From: Clostridia bacterium
GTDB lineage: Bacteria; Bacillota; Clostridia; UMGS1883
Assembly (NCBI GenBank): GCA_051866635.1
Contig: JBJDXJ010000018.1
Coordinates: 1 to 59,447, forward strand
Length of the DNA: 59,447 nucleotides
Direction of reading: 5' to 3'
The translations under genes and the position numbers were made by a program. Every line of letters starts with the position of its first letter. Positions within the stretch are counted from its first letter, which is position 1. The notes under the pieces were generated by a model, which ran no database searches, had not been told where the DNA came from, and saw only the letters and a list, made by a program, of their open reading frames with translations. This document shows positions 1 through 8,547 of this stretch, in pieces.

Positions 1-30
1 TTATCAATAAATTAATCCAAATTTATGGGA

Positions 31-46
31 GTTTTGACACAGTCTG
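31..46. repeat. IS-end-like 16-bp arm (GTTTTGACACAGTCTG), inverted partner of 991..1006
   Basis: Reverse complement CAGACTGTGTCAAAAC matches 991..1006 CAGACTGTGTTAAAAC at 15/16. Resembles IS1182-type termini from memory; any element body would lie left of the window. Confidence 0.7.
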
Positions 47-59
47 ACGTCCCCATTCG
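47..59 (+). repeat. ACGTCCCCATTCG half-site
   Basis: Exact reverse complement of 1609..1621. Confidence 0.85.
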
Positions 60-60
60 T

Positions 61-561
61 CTAATGGTAAACTCCAGCATCCCATGGAATTTCATCGCTG
101 TTTAACATATATTCTTTCATTGTCTCAGGCAATACTTGAATCGTATATAATCCTTCCCTATCGGAATTGTGGTCATCTTGTAGATATACAGCAAACAGTA
201 CTCTGTAAGTTTTTTGAGTATTTGTGACCACATCGCTCCATGCACGCTCTTTCTTTATTCTTTTTCCATCCTTTACCGTTGTGGTAGTAACCCTTACAAT
301 ATAGCTGTGGGAAACAATATCACCATCAACAATATCGAACATATATTCTATATTCTCATCTAAGTTTTTTGCATCTTGTAAAGCTTGTTGAGAGAATAAT
401 GATTTAACTGAATTTACATCTCGATTATTAATAGCATCTATCAAATCTTTAAGGTCTGTTTCTGAAATTGCATTCTTGACATACTTGTTTTCCTCAGTTT
501 TGACACTGCAACCAGAAACAATAATAATAATGCTACATATTAATAACAATATTTTTTTCAC
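61..561 (-). CDS. Lipoprotein, DUF5104-like; putative immunity-type protein
   Basis: GTG start, lipobox IVSG-C, segment AINNRDVNSVKSLFSQQAL...NLDENIEYMFDIVDGDIVS recalls DUF5104 lipoproteins. Confidence 0.7.
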   Translation of the reverse strand: MKKILLLICSIIIIVSGCSVKTEENKYVKNAISETDLKDLIDAINNRDVNSVKSLFSQQALQDAKNLDENIEYMFDIVDGDIVSHSYIVRVTTTTVKDGKRIKKERAWSDVVTNTQKTYRVLFAVYLQDDHNSDREGLYTIQVLPETMKEYMLNSDEIPWDAGVYH

Positions 562-585
562 TATTTATCCTGGTATAATGTAATT

Positions 586-789
586 GACTCATCTAACAGT
601 CATTTACAAATATACCTTTCTCCTTTCTCCTTTCTATCAACCTTCTTTAATCCGTGATTGATTACGGTTTTAAATATTGGTATTATATAAATATGTGATG
701 TGGATTTGTATATTTTTCCTGTGGCTTTGACTACTTTTTGGAGGTTCTTACCACGCCTTGTTTCTAAGTAATGATTAGTTAGATGAGTC
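586..789. mobile_element. 204-bp MITE / internally deleted IS remnant
   Basis: Perfect 12-bp terminal inverted repeats GACTCATCTAAC (586..597) and GTTAGATGAGTC (778..789), extending imperfectly inward; no intact ORF inside. Confidence 0.6.
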
Positions 790-857
790 TTTGAATTCGT
801 ATCTCGTACCAGGTTTTACGAAACAAGTGTTGTGGATAACACATTACATATTTTTTA

Positions 858-943
858 TGTGTAACTGGGGACTGGTCCAAAATTGCACGTTTTAAAAACA
901 GGAAAAAGAAATGTGCAAAAACTGACCCTTCCCCAATTACACA
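858..943. repeat. REPIN-like imperfect hairpin (GGGGAC...TTCCCC type)
   Basis: Arms 858..888 and 913..943 are complementary at 23/31 positions around an A-rich loop. Confidence 0.7.
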
Positions 944-968
944 CATATTTTTTCTATCTTTTCAAGAG

Positions 969-1006
969 AATAGTGCCATAAAATGTACGTCAGACTGTGT
1001 TAAAAC
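969..1006 (+). repeat. Hybrid site: AATAGTGCCATAAAATGT-ACGT-CAGACTGTGTTAAAAC
   Basis: 969..990 matches the reverse complement of 1618..1639 at 20/22; 987..1006 matches the reverse complement of 31..50 at 19/20. Confidence 0.85.
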
Positions 1007-1012
1007 ATCTGC

Positions 1013-1504
1013 CTAAGCCCTTCCAAACACAGGAATCTTATTGAAAAATACCCAGTAACCCAAATGGGTTGTGCTTTTGTTCTCAAGTTCCTCAAAAAAA
1101 GCATCTCTCTTTGCACTCTTCAAATCAAAAACACATAAACCTTTATAATGTTCCTCTTCTCCTGGTTTTAATTCGTAATTGTCATAAAACTCTACATAAT
1201 CCTCCGTATACACTGTTTTGTGAGGGGGGATATATTTATATTGTTCGATGAAAATTTCTTTAGACGTATTATTCTTTATATGTATATCATACTTGATAAT
1301 AATATAGGAGTCTAAATCATTATCTATTTCCAATATCGAATTCGAAAGATTATGCAAAACATAATCTTTCGAATTTTCTGTTACATCTTCAACGTCAATA
1401 TCTATTATCGTAATTGGATATAATATCGACACTAATCGCGTGGATGCAAAGATAATGATTAAAAACATAAGGAAAACAACAAAAATTTTTACAAGTTTCT
1501 TCAT
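1013..1504 (-). CDS. Hypothetical protein with N-terminal membrane anchor; putative immunity protein
   Basis: 163-aa ORF, AAGGAGG RBS, hydrophobic N-terminus; ATGA overlap with an upstream gene fragment. Confidence 0.75.
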   Translation of the reverse strand: MKKLVKIFVVFLMFLIIIFASTRLVSILYPITIIDIDVEDVTENSKDYVLHNLSNSILEIDNDLDSYIIIKYDIHIKNNTSKEIFIEQYKYIPPHKTVYTEDYVEFYDNYELKPGEEEHYKGLCVFDLKSAKRDAFFEELENKSTTHLGYWVFFNKIPVFGRA

Positions 1505-1605
1505 CGAGCATCCTCCTTTATTTTTACGATAATTAGATTATCTGTATCTAATAATTCTGAGGTTATTGGAGCATTAATCCTATCATTTGAGTGTGCAGAA
1601 TATTG
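1501..1605 (-). pseudogene. C-terminal fragment of a putative amidase (Amidase_6-like) toxin domain
   Basis: Translates QYSAHSNDRINAPITSELLDTDNLIIVKIKEDAR*; no start codon; begins at the repeat boundary; TGA overlaps the next ATG. Confidence 0.55.
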
Positions 1606-1608
1606 GGG

Positions 1609-1672
1609 CGAATGGGGACGTATATTCTATGGCACTATTTTATCTTTTAAACTGCCATAACGAAAATTCCCC
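1609..1672. repeat. Intact site (minus strand AATAGTGCCATAGAATATACGTCCCCATTCG) forming the left arm of a second REPIN-like hairpin
   Basis: GGGGA 1614..1618 pairs with TCCCC 1668..1672; TATGGCA 1628..1634 pairs with TGCCATA 1653..1659. Confidence 0.75.
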
Positions 1673-1740
1673 TTAAATTCCACTGAAACTCTACAACCGT
1701 CGACATGACTGAAATCGCACGTTTTAAAAGCGGAGAAAGT

Positions 1741-2579
1741 TTAATCTATAACAACCGTAAGGCTTTCCTGGTCCCATTCAACCTTAAATCCAAACGCTTC
1801 TGAAATAAAGCGAAGAGGTACAAGAGTTCTGTATTTAACCATCTTTGGTGCAACATCAAGTGTAACTTCTTCATCGTTTACATATGCTTTTTCAGAGCCA
1901 ATTTGCATTACAATTACAGTTTCATCTTTGGTAATTATAATCGTTTGTGTTTCCCCGTCCCATTCAACCTCTGCACCGTAAGCTTCGCTTATTGCACGGA
2001 GAGGTACAAGAGTTCTGTTATTTTGAATCACAGGTTCTACGCCATCGTATTTGTCAAAATCAACTGCAATACCCTTTACAAAAGTTCCTATGGAGTAGTC
2101 CTTTAATTCTGCTTTAGCAGCTGCAATGCAGGCTAAAATTTCTTTTCTTGTTTCAACATCTGCATCTTTAAAAATGGCCTTTATTTCATCCACATATTCC
2201 TTAGTTTCAAGTTTTGCCTGCTCGCGTTCGGCTTTTTTCTGTTCCAAAAGTTCCTTGCTTACCTTTCTGTTATCTGTCTTTTCTTCATTAACCTTTTCGT
2301 TTTTCTTGTCGTTGTTATCTTCTTCAATGGCTGTTTCATCTTTTTCGGGCTTTTCCTGTGCATTTTCATTTTTTTGTCGGGTTTGACTTTTTTGGTGTTT
2401 TCTGCCTTTTCCGGCTTTTCCGATTTCACCTTATCCAAAATACCATCTTCCACATTTTCCGTAACCTGAACTATTTCCTCAGTTAAAGTAGCATCTTCTG
2501 CTTCCTTCGCCTGAACAAACACTGAGGCGTTCGCTGTCAACAGTGCAAGTGTAAGGGCAATAATTGTAAACTTTTTCAT
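1741..2579 (-). pseudogene. Secreted copper-amine-oxidase-N (stalk) domain protein, frameshifted
   Basis: Signal peptide in 2259..2579 and two RTLVPLR motifs in 1741..2247. One extra A in the A7 tract (2369..2375) fuses them into a continuous charged linker. Confidence 0.75.
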
Positions 2580-2627
2580 TTGAAAATATCTCCTTAATAA
2601 AACATATAAATCTTTAAACCTATATTA

Positions 2628-3239
2628 TCAATCCCGTGATTTTATAACAATAATACTGCCCTCTTTAATTTTTATAACTGCGTCCTTGTCTGTAAATTCG
2701 TTGCTCACGGCAATAGATTCTGAAAATTTCAAGTCGTAATCATCAAGTGAATACTTTAAGTTTTCCAATGTGACGCCTTTAACCGTGCCGATTGGTATAA
2801 GGGAAAGGTGAGTGTTGTCCTTTTTTATAACGGTATCTTTTTGGATTACGGTAATGGTGTTATGCTCATCAATCAAATATCCTTGTCCTCCGCACTTTGC
2901 AATATATTCCAAAAGCCCAATATTTGAAAGAGTGTGGTCAAGCCTTGTGCCGCTACAGCCCAAAAGGCAGATTTCTTTATATCCTCTATCTAACGCTTCA
3001 GTTACCGCAATATGCGTGTCTGTGTAGTCCTTTTCAGGGTTAAACCGCCTTACTTCGCCTGTTACATTGCCCTTGTAGGAGTCAAAATCCCCAACTGTGA
3101 GATCCGGCGTTATGCCCATTTTTTCCGCATGTGCAAAGCCCCCATCGGCACAAATTATATAATCGCCCTTTTCAATAAAAGACGAAATATAATTATAATC
3201 TGCAATACTGCCGGCACTGATTACAACCGCTTTACTCAT
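2628..3239 (-). CDS. thiN: Thiamine pyrophosphokinase
   Basis: ADGG, GDFDS, EKDYTD and GTRLDHTLSN motifs; follows rpe. Confidence 0.95.
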   Translation of the reverse strand: MSKAVVISAGSIADYNYISSFIEKGDYIICADGGFAHAEKMGITPDLTVGDFDSYKGNVTGEVRRFNPEKDYTDTHIAVTEALDRGYKEICLLGCSGTRLDHTLSNIGLLEYIAKCGGQGYLIDEHNTITVIQKDTVIKKDNTHLSLIPIGTVKGVTLENLKYSLDDYDLKFSESIAVSNEFTDKDAVIKIKEGSIIVIKSRD

Positions 3240-3897
3240 TTTCTGCCGCCTTGCAGAGCTTTTCTGCAGCTAACGCAATATTTTCCGCACCGAAAACGGC
3301 ACTGCCTGCAACAACAACATTTGCCCCTGCATTTACAATTGTCTTGATATTGTCCGCATTAACTCCACCGTCAACTTCAATATCAACATTGTAGCACTTT
3401 GTCATTTCACGGACTGCACTCAATCTGTCAAGGCTCTTTTCGATAAACTTCTGACCGCCAAAGCCCGGATAAACAGACATAATAAGCACCATATCAACCT
3501 TATCTATATAAGGCTTTATAACCTCAACAGGTGTATCGGGACTTATTGAAAGACCTGCCTTTATGCCAAGGCTTCTGATGTAATCAAGAGCTTCACCTGT
3601 TTTATCGCCCAAGGCTTCATAATGGACAGTTATATTATCTGCCCCTGCCTTATAAAAAGCGTCAATAAAATCATATGGCTTTTCCACCATAAGGTGACAG
3701 TCGTAAAACATATTACTGCATTTGCGTATTGATTTAACCAAGAGGGCACCAAACGTAAAGTTTGGTACAAACCTTCCATCCATTACGTCTATATGTAAAA
3801 CCTTTGCACCACCTTTTTCCGCTTCCTTTATCTGGCTTCCCAAAACGGAAAAGTCCGCAGAAAGAATACTTGGTGCCAACTTAAACTCTCTTTCCAT
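3232..3897 (-). CDS. rpe: Ribulose-phosphate 3-epimerase
   Basis: APSILSADF, HIDVMDG, MSVYPGFGGQ and EVDGG motifs; ATG at 3897 follows GAGGTG. Confidence 0.97.
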   Translation of the reverse strand: MEREFKLAPSILSADFSVLGSQIKEAEKGGAKVLHIDVMDGRFVPNFTFGALLVKSIRKCSNMFYDCHLMVEKPYDFIDAFYKAGADNITVHYEALGDKTGEALDYIRSLGIKAGLSISPDTPVEVIKPYIDKVDMVLIMSVYPGFGGQKFIEKSLDRLSAVREMTKCYNVDIEVDGGVNADNIKTIVNAGANVVVAGSAVFGAENIALAAEKLCKAAENE

Positions 3898-3909
3898 TAT
3901 TTTCACCTC

Positions 3910-4794
3910 TTATTTTCTCTCCCAGTCCTTTACATCCTTCAAAACATCATACATTTTCACATAGCTGTCATATCTGGATTGGGCAATTTCACCATTTTCC
4001 AATGCTTTCTTTACAGAGCAACCCGGCTCCGAACGGTGAGAACAACCACGGAAACGGCAACTGCCTTCAAAGGCATTAAACTCGGGAAACATAGTGCTTA
4101 ATTCATTTGCCTTAATATTTGTTACATCAGTAATTTCAAGCTGTGAAAATCCCGGGGTGTCAAGGACATAGCCGTCATTAAGCTTTAAAAGCTCCACATG
4201 ACGGGTTGTATGCTTGCCACGACCTATACGGCTTGTATCTCCCGTTTCAAGCTCCCGTCCTGTAACAAGGGTTAAAAGGCTGGACTTGCCCACACCCGAC
4301 AATCCTGCAAAGGCAGTGGTCTTACCCTTTAACATTTCTTTTATTTTGTCTATGCCTTCCTTAAAGGCGGCACTTGTTACGAAAACCTTGTAACCGGCTT
4401 TTTCGTAAATATTTTTAAGCTTTTCAACATCTCCGCTTTCGTCAAGGTCGCTTTTATTGATACACACAGCACCCTTAATGCCCTTTTCTTCTGCAATTAC
4501 AAGCATTTTGTCAATAAGGAAGGTATCGGGCAAAGGGTTTGAAACTGCCGCTACAATAATCAAGGTGTCAATATTGCTTACCGGGGGGCGTATCAGAAAA
4601 TTCTGTCTTTCGTGAATTTCCTCGATACTTCCCTTCCCCGATAAGTCAACCTTAACTGTAACCTTATCACCCACAGTGGGGGTTATTTCATTTTTTCTGA
4701 ATTTTCCTCTGGCACGGCACTCAACTACGCCTTCACCTGTATCAACGCTGTAGCTTCCGCCAACGCCCTTAATAATAGTACCTTCCAAACTCAA
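3910..4794 (-). CDS. rsgA: Ribosome small subunit-dependent GTPase
   Basis: NKSD, GLSGVGKS, GKHTT, DTPG and CRFRGCSH-EPGC zinc finger. Confidence 0.97.
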   Translation of the reverse strand: MSLEGTIIKGVGGSYSVDTGEGVVECRARGKFRKNEITPTVGDKVTVKVDLSGKGSIEEIHERQNFLIRPPVSNIDTLIIVAAVSNPLPDTFLIDKMLVIAEEKGIKGAVCINKSDLDESGDVEKLKNIYEKAGYKVFVTSAAFKEGIDKIKEMLKGKTTAFAGLSGVGKSSLLTLVTGRELETGDTSRIGRGKHTTRHVELLKLNDGYVLDTPGFSQLEITDVTNIKANELSTMFPEFNAFEGSCRFRGCSHRSEPGCSVKKALENGEIAQSRYDSYVKMYDVLKDVKDWERK

Positions 4795-4814
4795 GGTTTT
4801 GCCCCCTGTTCACA

Positions 4815-6782
4815 TTATAAACCGTCAACAGATGTCTGCGGTGCATAGCCACCCTGTGCTACGCTGTCATTTTTTCCCACGTAAATATCAATTACAGTAC
4901 CCTTTTGTACAACAGTTCCCGGGGTTATGCTCTGCCTTACAACTAAGCCGTCATTACCGGAAGTAACTGTTTTGACTTCGCCAAGTTTAAGTTTGTTATT
5001 GGCAATTGCATTTCTTGCCTTGTCTTCATCAAGCCCCACAAGGTCAGGAACCTTTATCTGTTCCACACCGTTACTTACATAAATTGTAACACTGTCGCCC
5101 TTCTTAAGCTCTGCACCTTCAGAAGGTTCATGTCTTGTAACAATACCGGAAGGTACAGTGTCGCTGTATTCTGTTACAACAACAACCGTAACGTCCTTTT
5201 CTTCAAGCTCTTTCTGTGTAGATGCCTTTTCCTGACCAACATAGCTTCCTAAAGAGAAGGTGTTACTGCCTGAGCTTACAAAAATTGTCAATGGGTCCCC
5301 TGCTTTAAAATAAGTGTCTGCTGAGGGGAACTGACGGATAATCAATCCCTTTTCAACGCTGTCGCTTACATCTTCGCTTATTCTTACATCGGTAATGCCC
5401 TTTTCATTAAGCTCAGCAATTGCAACTGCAGGGTCTTCACCGGTGTAATCACGAAGTTTAAAGCTTTCTGTACCACGACTTATTACAACGTAAACTTCAC
5501 TGCCATCTTCTATTGTGTCCCCTGCCGGAGGAATTTGTGAAATAATTGTTCCTTCGGGATAATCTGCATTATAAACACGATCTGCTACAACAATTTCAAG
5601 GTTTGTATTTTTAATTGCCTCCTGGGCCTGTTCATAAGTAAGATGTGTCAAATTCTGCATTTTAACAGGAGTTTCACCATGTGAAGGCATTGGGTTATTC
5701 AGCAGTACCATAACACCAAACCCCATAAGAGCGGCTATAACAAAGCATGTAATAACAGCTGCAACAATAGTTGTAACATTCTTCTTATTGCTCTTTTTCT
5801 TAGTCTTTCTTTCCGAAACGGGAGTTTCAGGTTCCGCACCGCTTCGCCTTACAACAGGCTTTTCCTGCACGGGGATGTCAATTGTGATAATGGGAGGAAT
5901 TTTCCTTGTTCCGAACTTATCGTCATCCTCTACGGGCATTTCGGCAACAGTGGAATCAGGGTCAGCATAAACCTTTTTTATATCAGAAAGCATCTGCGTT
6001 GCACTTTCGTATCTGTAACGCTGTTCCTTGCTCATTGCCTTAAGTATAATATTTTCAACAGACTTAGGTATATCAGGGTTAATATTTCTTGGTTTTACAG
6101 GCTCCTTCTGTACATGTTGCATTGCAACCGCAACGGGAGTTTCACCATCAAAGGGAAGCTTGCCTGTGAAAAGCTCATACATAACTATGCCCAAGGAATA
6201 AATATCGCTCCGCTGGTCAGTATAACCGCCACGGGCCTGTTCCGGGGAAAGATAATGTGCACTTCCGATTGCCTCCATTGTCATTGTGCCGTTGTTGGCG
6301 GCTCTTGCAATGCCGAAGTCCATGACCTTGATAATATTGCCTTCATTGCTTATCATAATATTCTGCGGTTTTATATCCCTATGTATGATGTGTTTGGAAT
6401 GGGCATGCTCCAAGGCAGAACAAATCTGCATGGATATATCCACCGCTTCTTTCCAGTATATATTACCCTTTCTTTCGTCAATATAGTTCTTTAAGGTTTT
6501 GCCTTCAATAAATTCCATTACAATGTACTGATGTTCACCGGACTGCCCAACATCGTAAATAGGAACAATATTGGGATGTGACAAGCTTGCCGCCGCTTGG
6601 GATTCAATATTAAAGCGTCTTATAAATTCCTCATTGTCCCTGAATTCGCTTCTTAAAAGTTTTACTGCCACATAGCGGTTTAACAGTCTGTCCATGGCTT
6701 TATATACAATTGCCATGCCGCCTACGCCAACTTTTTCAACAAGTTCATATCTGTTGTCTAATACAGTACCTATCATAATCAT
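4815..6782 (-). CDS. pknB: PASTA-domain Ser/Thr protein kinase (PrkC/Stk1)
   Basis: GVGGMA, HRDIKPQN and DFGIAR motifs, a transmembrane segment and multiple PASTA repeats. Confidence 0.96.
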   Translation of the reverse strand: MIMIGTVLDNRYELVEKVGVGGMAIVYKAMDRLLNRYVAVKLLRSEFRDNEEFIRRFNIESQAAASLSHPNIVPIYDVGQSGEHQYIVMEFIEGKTLKNYIDERKGNIYWKEAVDISMQICSALEHAHSKHIIHRDIKPQNIMISNEGNIIKVMDFGIARAANNGTMTMEAIGSAHYLSPEQARGGYTDQRSDIYSLGIVMYELFTGKLPFDGETPVAVAMQHVQKEPVKPRNINPDIPKSVENIILKAMSKEQRYRYESATQMLSDIKKVYADPDSTVAEMPVEDDDKFGTRKIPPIITIDIPVQEKPVVRRSGAEPETPVSERKTKKKSNKKNVTTIVAAVITCFVIAALMGFGVMVLLNNPMPSHGETPVKMQNLTHLTYEQAQEAIKNTNLEIVVADRVYNADYPEGTIISQIPPAGDTIEDGSEVYVVISRGTESFKLRDYTGEDPAVAIAELNEKGITDVRISEDVSDSVEKGLIIRQFPSADTYFKAGDPLTIFVSSGSNTFSLGSYVGQEKASTQKELEEKDVTVVVVTEYSDTVPSGIVTRHEPSEGAELKKGDSVTIYVSNGVEQIKVPDLVGLDEDKARNAIANNKLKLGEVKTVTSGNDGLVVRQSITPGTVVQKGTVIDIYVGKNDSVAQGGYAPQTSVDGL

Positions 6783-7507
6783 TTATCCTCCAATTTCTGT
6801 CCGAAGGGTTTAATTAAAATAACGGTAATATTGTCTTTTCCGCCGTTTTCATTGGCTTTTTCAACAAGCTTATCTGCCGCCTCAGAAAGACTTTCTGCCC
6901 CCATGACAATGTTTTTTATATCCCTTTTAGAAACCATATTCGTAAGACCGTCTGTACACATAAGCACAACTTCATCTGTATGTATTATAGTCTCTTCCAA
7001 ATCCACATCAACAACTGCGGCAGTACCTACAGCACGTGTAATAATGTTCCGCTGAGGGTGAACCATTGCTTCCTCTTCGCTTATGGTACCTGCATCAATA
7101 AGCATACCAACCACACTGTGGTCTTTTGTAATCTTTCTGATGGAATTTTCCGATATGATATAAACTCTGCTGTCACCTACATGACCTACACAAAGTTTTT
7201 CATCCTTAACAAGGCACACATCAATCGTTGTACCCATGCCTCTCATGCTTTCGCTTTCACAAGCACGTACAAAAACATCCCTGTTTGCCTTTTTAACAGC
7301 CTCCACCACGTCATTTTCATGGATATTGTCCCTTGAAAGCAAGTAGTTTTCGACAATACGGCAGGCATTAAAACTTGCAACTTCTCCGGCATTATGTCCG
7401 CCCATGCCGTCAGCCACAACAAAAAAACCTTTGTCGCAGTTTATGAGATATGAATCTTCATTGTTCGCCCTTCTTCTGCCCATGTCTGTTTTTGCCGCAT
7501 ATTCCAT
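6779..7507 (-). CDS. stp: PP2C-type Ser/Thr phosphatase (PrpC/Stp1)
   Basis: NEDS, VADGMGGH, HVGDSR, CTDGL and GGKDNIT motifs. Confidence 0.96.
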   Translation of the reverse strand: MEYAAKTDMGRRRANNEDSYLINCDKGFFVVADGMGGHNAGEVASFNACRIVENYLLSRDNIHENDVVEAVKKANRDVFVRACESESMRGMGTTIDVCLVKDEKLCVGHVGDSRVYIISENSIRKITKDHSVVGMLIDAGTISEEEAMVHPQRNIITRAVGTAAVVDVDLEETIIHTDEVVLMCTDGLTNMVSKRDIKNIVMGAESLSEAADKLVEKANENGGKDNITVILIKPFGQKLEDK

Positions 7508-7524
7508 TGAAAGTCACCTCCCTT

Positions 7525-8547
7525 TTAATTTACCACACTGTTACGAAGCTGTCCGCAGGAGGCTGAAATATCGCTTCCCAATTCACGCCGCACAGTAGCA
7601 GTTACATGCCCTTTATTAAGCATATTTTTGAATTCTTCCACTCTTTTTTTGCTCACCCTCACATTCCCCCGTTCTTTAACATCGTTTACGGGGATAAGGT
7701 TTATGTGGCAATTATCTTTGTAAAACAGCTCAATCAAAAGTCTTGCACATTCATCTGAGCTATTTTTCCCTTCTATTAAAGCATATTCGTAAGTAATACG
7801 TCTGCCTGTTTTTTCAAAATAATACCTGCAAGCCTTAAGTAATTCATCCAAAGAATATTTTCTTGCAATAGGCATTATATTCTTTCTGTATTCATCAGTA
7901 GGTGCATGAAGGCTGACCGCCAGATTGACAGGTATACCTTCGTTTGCAAAATCAATAATTTTAGGCACAATACCACAGGTGGACACAGTAATATGTCTGT
8001 AGCCTAAATTCACACCGTCAGGATGATTAATGTTTTTGAGAAACACCATAAGGTTTTCATAATTGTCAAATGGTTCGCCTATACCCATTACAACAATATT
8101 CGACACACGCTTGCCTAAATCCTTTATAACACGTATAACCTGACCGGTCATTTCATGGGGTGCTAAGTTTCTCACCTTGCCGCCCAATGTGGAAGCACAG
8201 AAGGTGCATCCCATGGCACAGCCCACCTGACTTGATATACAAACGGATATTCCATGGTTATATTCCATAGCAATAGTTTCAATAATGTTGGAGTCACTAA
8301 GCCGCATTAAATATTTTACCGTTCCGTCAATTTGGGAGATAAGCTTTCTTTCAATCTTGGGCAGGAAAATTTCTGCATCTTCCTTTAATCTTTCACGAAG
8401 ATTTTTTGAAAGAGAAGTTAATTCATCTATACTTTCAACGCCCTTTTGTATAAACGAAAAGACCTGCTTCCCTCGGAATTTTGCTTCCCCCAGCTTTATC
8501 ATATATTCAGTTAATTCATCTTTTGTCAAATCTCCAAGATTAATCAC
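7525..8547 (-). CDS. rlmN: Dual-specificity RNA methyltransferase RlmN (radical SAM)
   Basis: SSQVGCAMGCTFCAS, MGIGEP and ASCGQL motifs; likely GTG start at 8547. Confidence 0.95.
   Translation of the reverse strand: MINLGDLTKDELTEYMIKLGEAKFRGKQVFSFIQKGVESIDELTSLSKNLRERLKEDAEIFLPKIERKLISQIDGTVKYLMRLSDSNIIETIAMEYNHGISVCISSQVGCAMGCTFCASTLGGKVRNLAPHEMTGQVIRVIKDLGKRVSNIVVMGIGEPFDNYENLMVFLKNINHPDGVNLGYRHITVSTCGIVPKIIDFANEGIPVNLAVSLHAPTDEYRKNIMPIARKYSLDELLKACRYYFEKTGRRITYEYALIEGKNSSDECARLLIELFYKDNCHINLIPVNDVKERGNVRVSKKRVEEFKNMLNKGHVTATVRRELGSDISASCGQLRNSVVN

Noticed and set aside
831-839. Perfect DnaA box (TGTGGATAA)
   Set aside because: Single copy with no cluster or origin context; likely chance.
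790-857. Possible toxin-tail fragment upstream of the lipoprotein gene, interrupted by the MITE
   Set aside because: Short open frames exist, but none has a recognisable motif.
969-990. dif/Xer site (AGTGCCATAAAATGTA loosely resembles a XerC arm)
   Set aside because: No XerD arm (TTATGTTAAAT-like) on the other side.
31-1740. CRISPR array or classical integron attC array
   Set aside because: Repeats are in mixed orientation with spacing of hundreds of bp; no cas or intI gene and no clear RYYYAAC...GTTRRRY attC structure.
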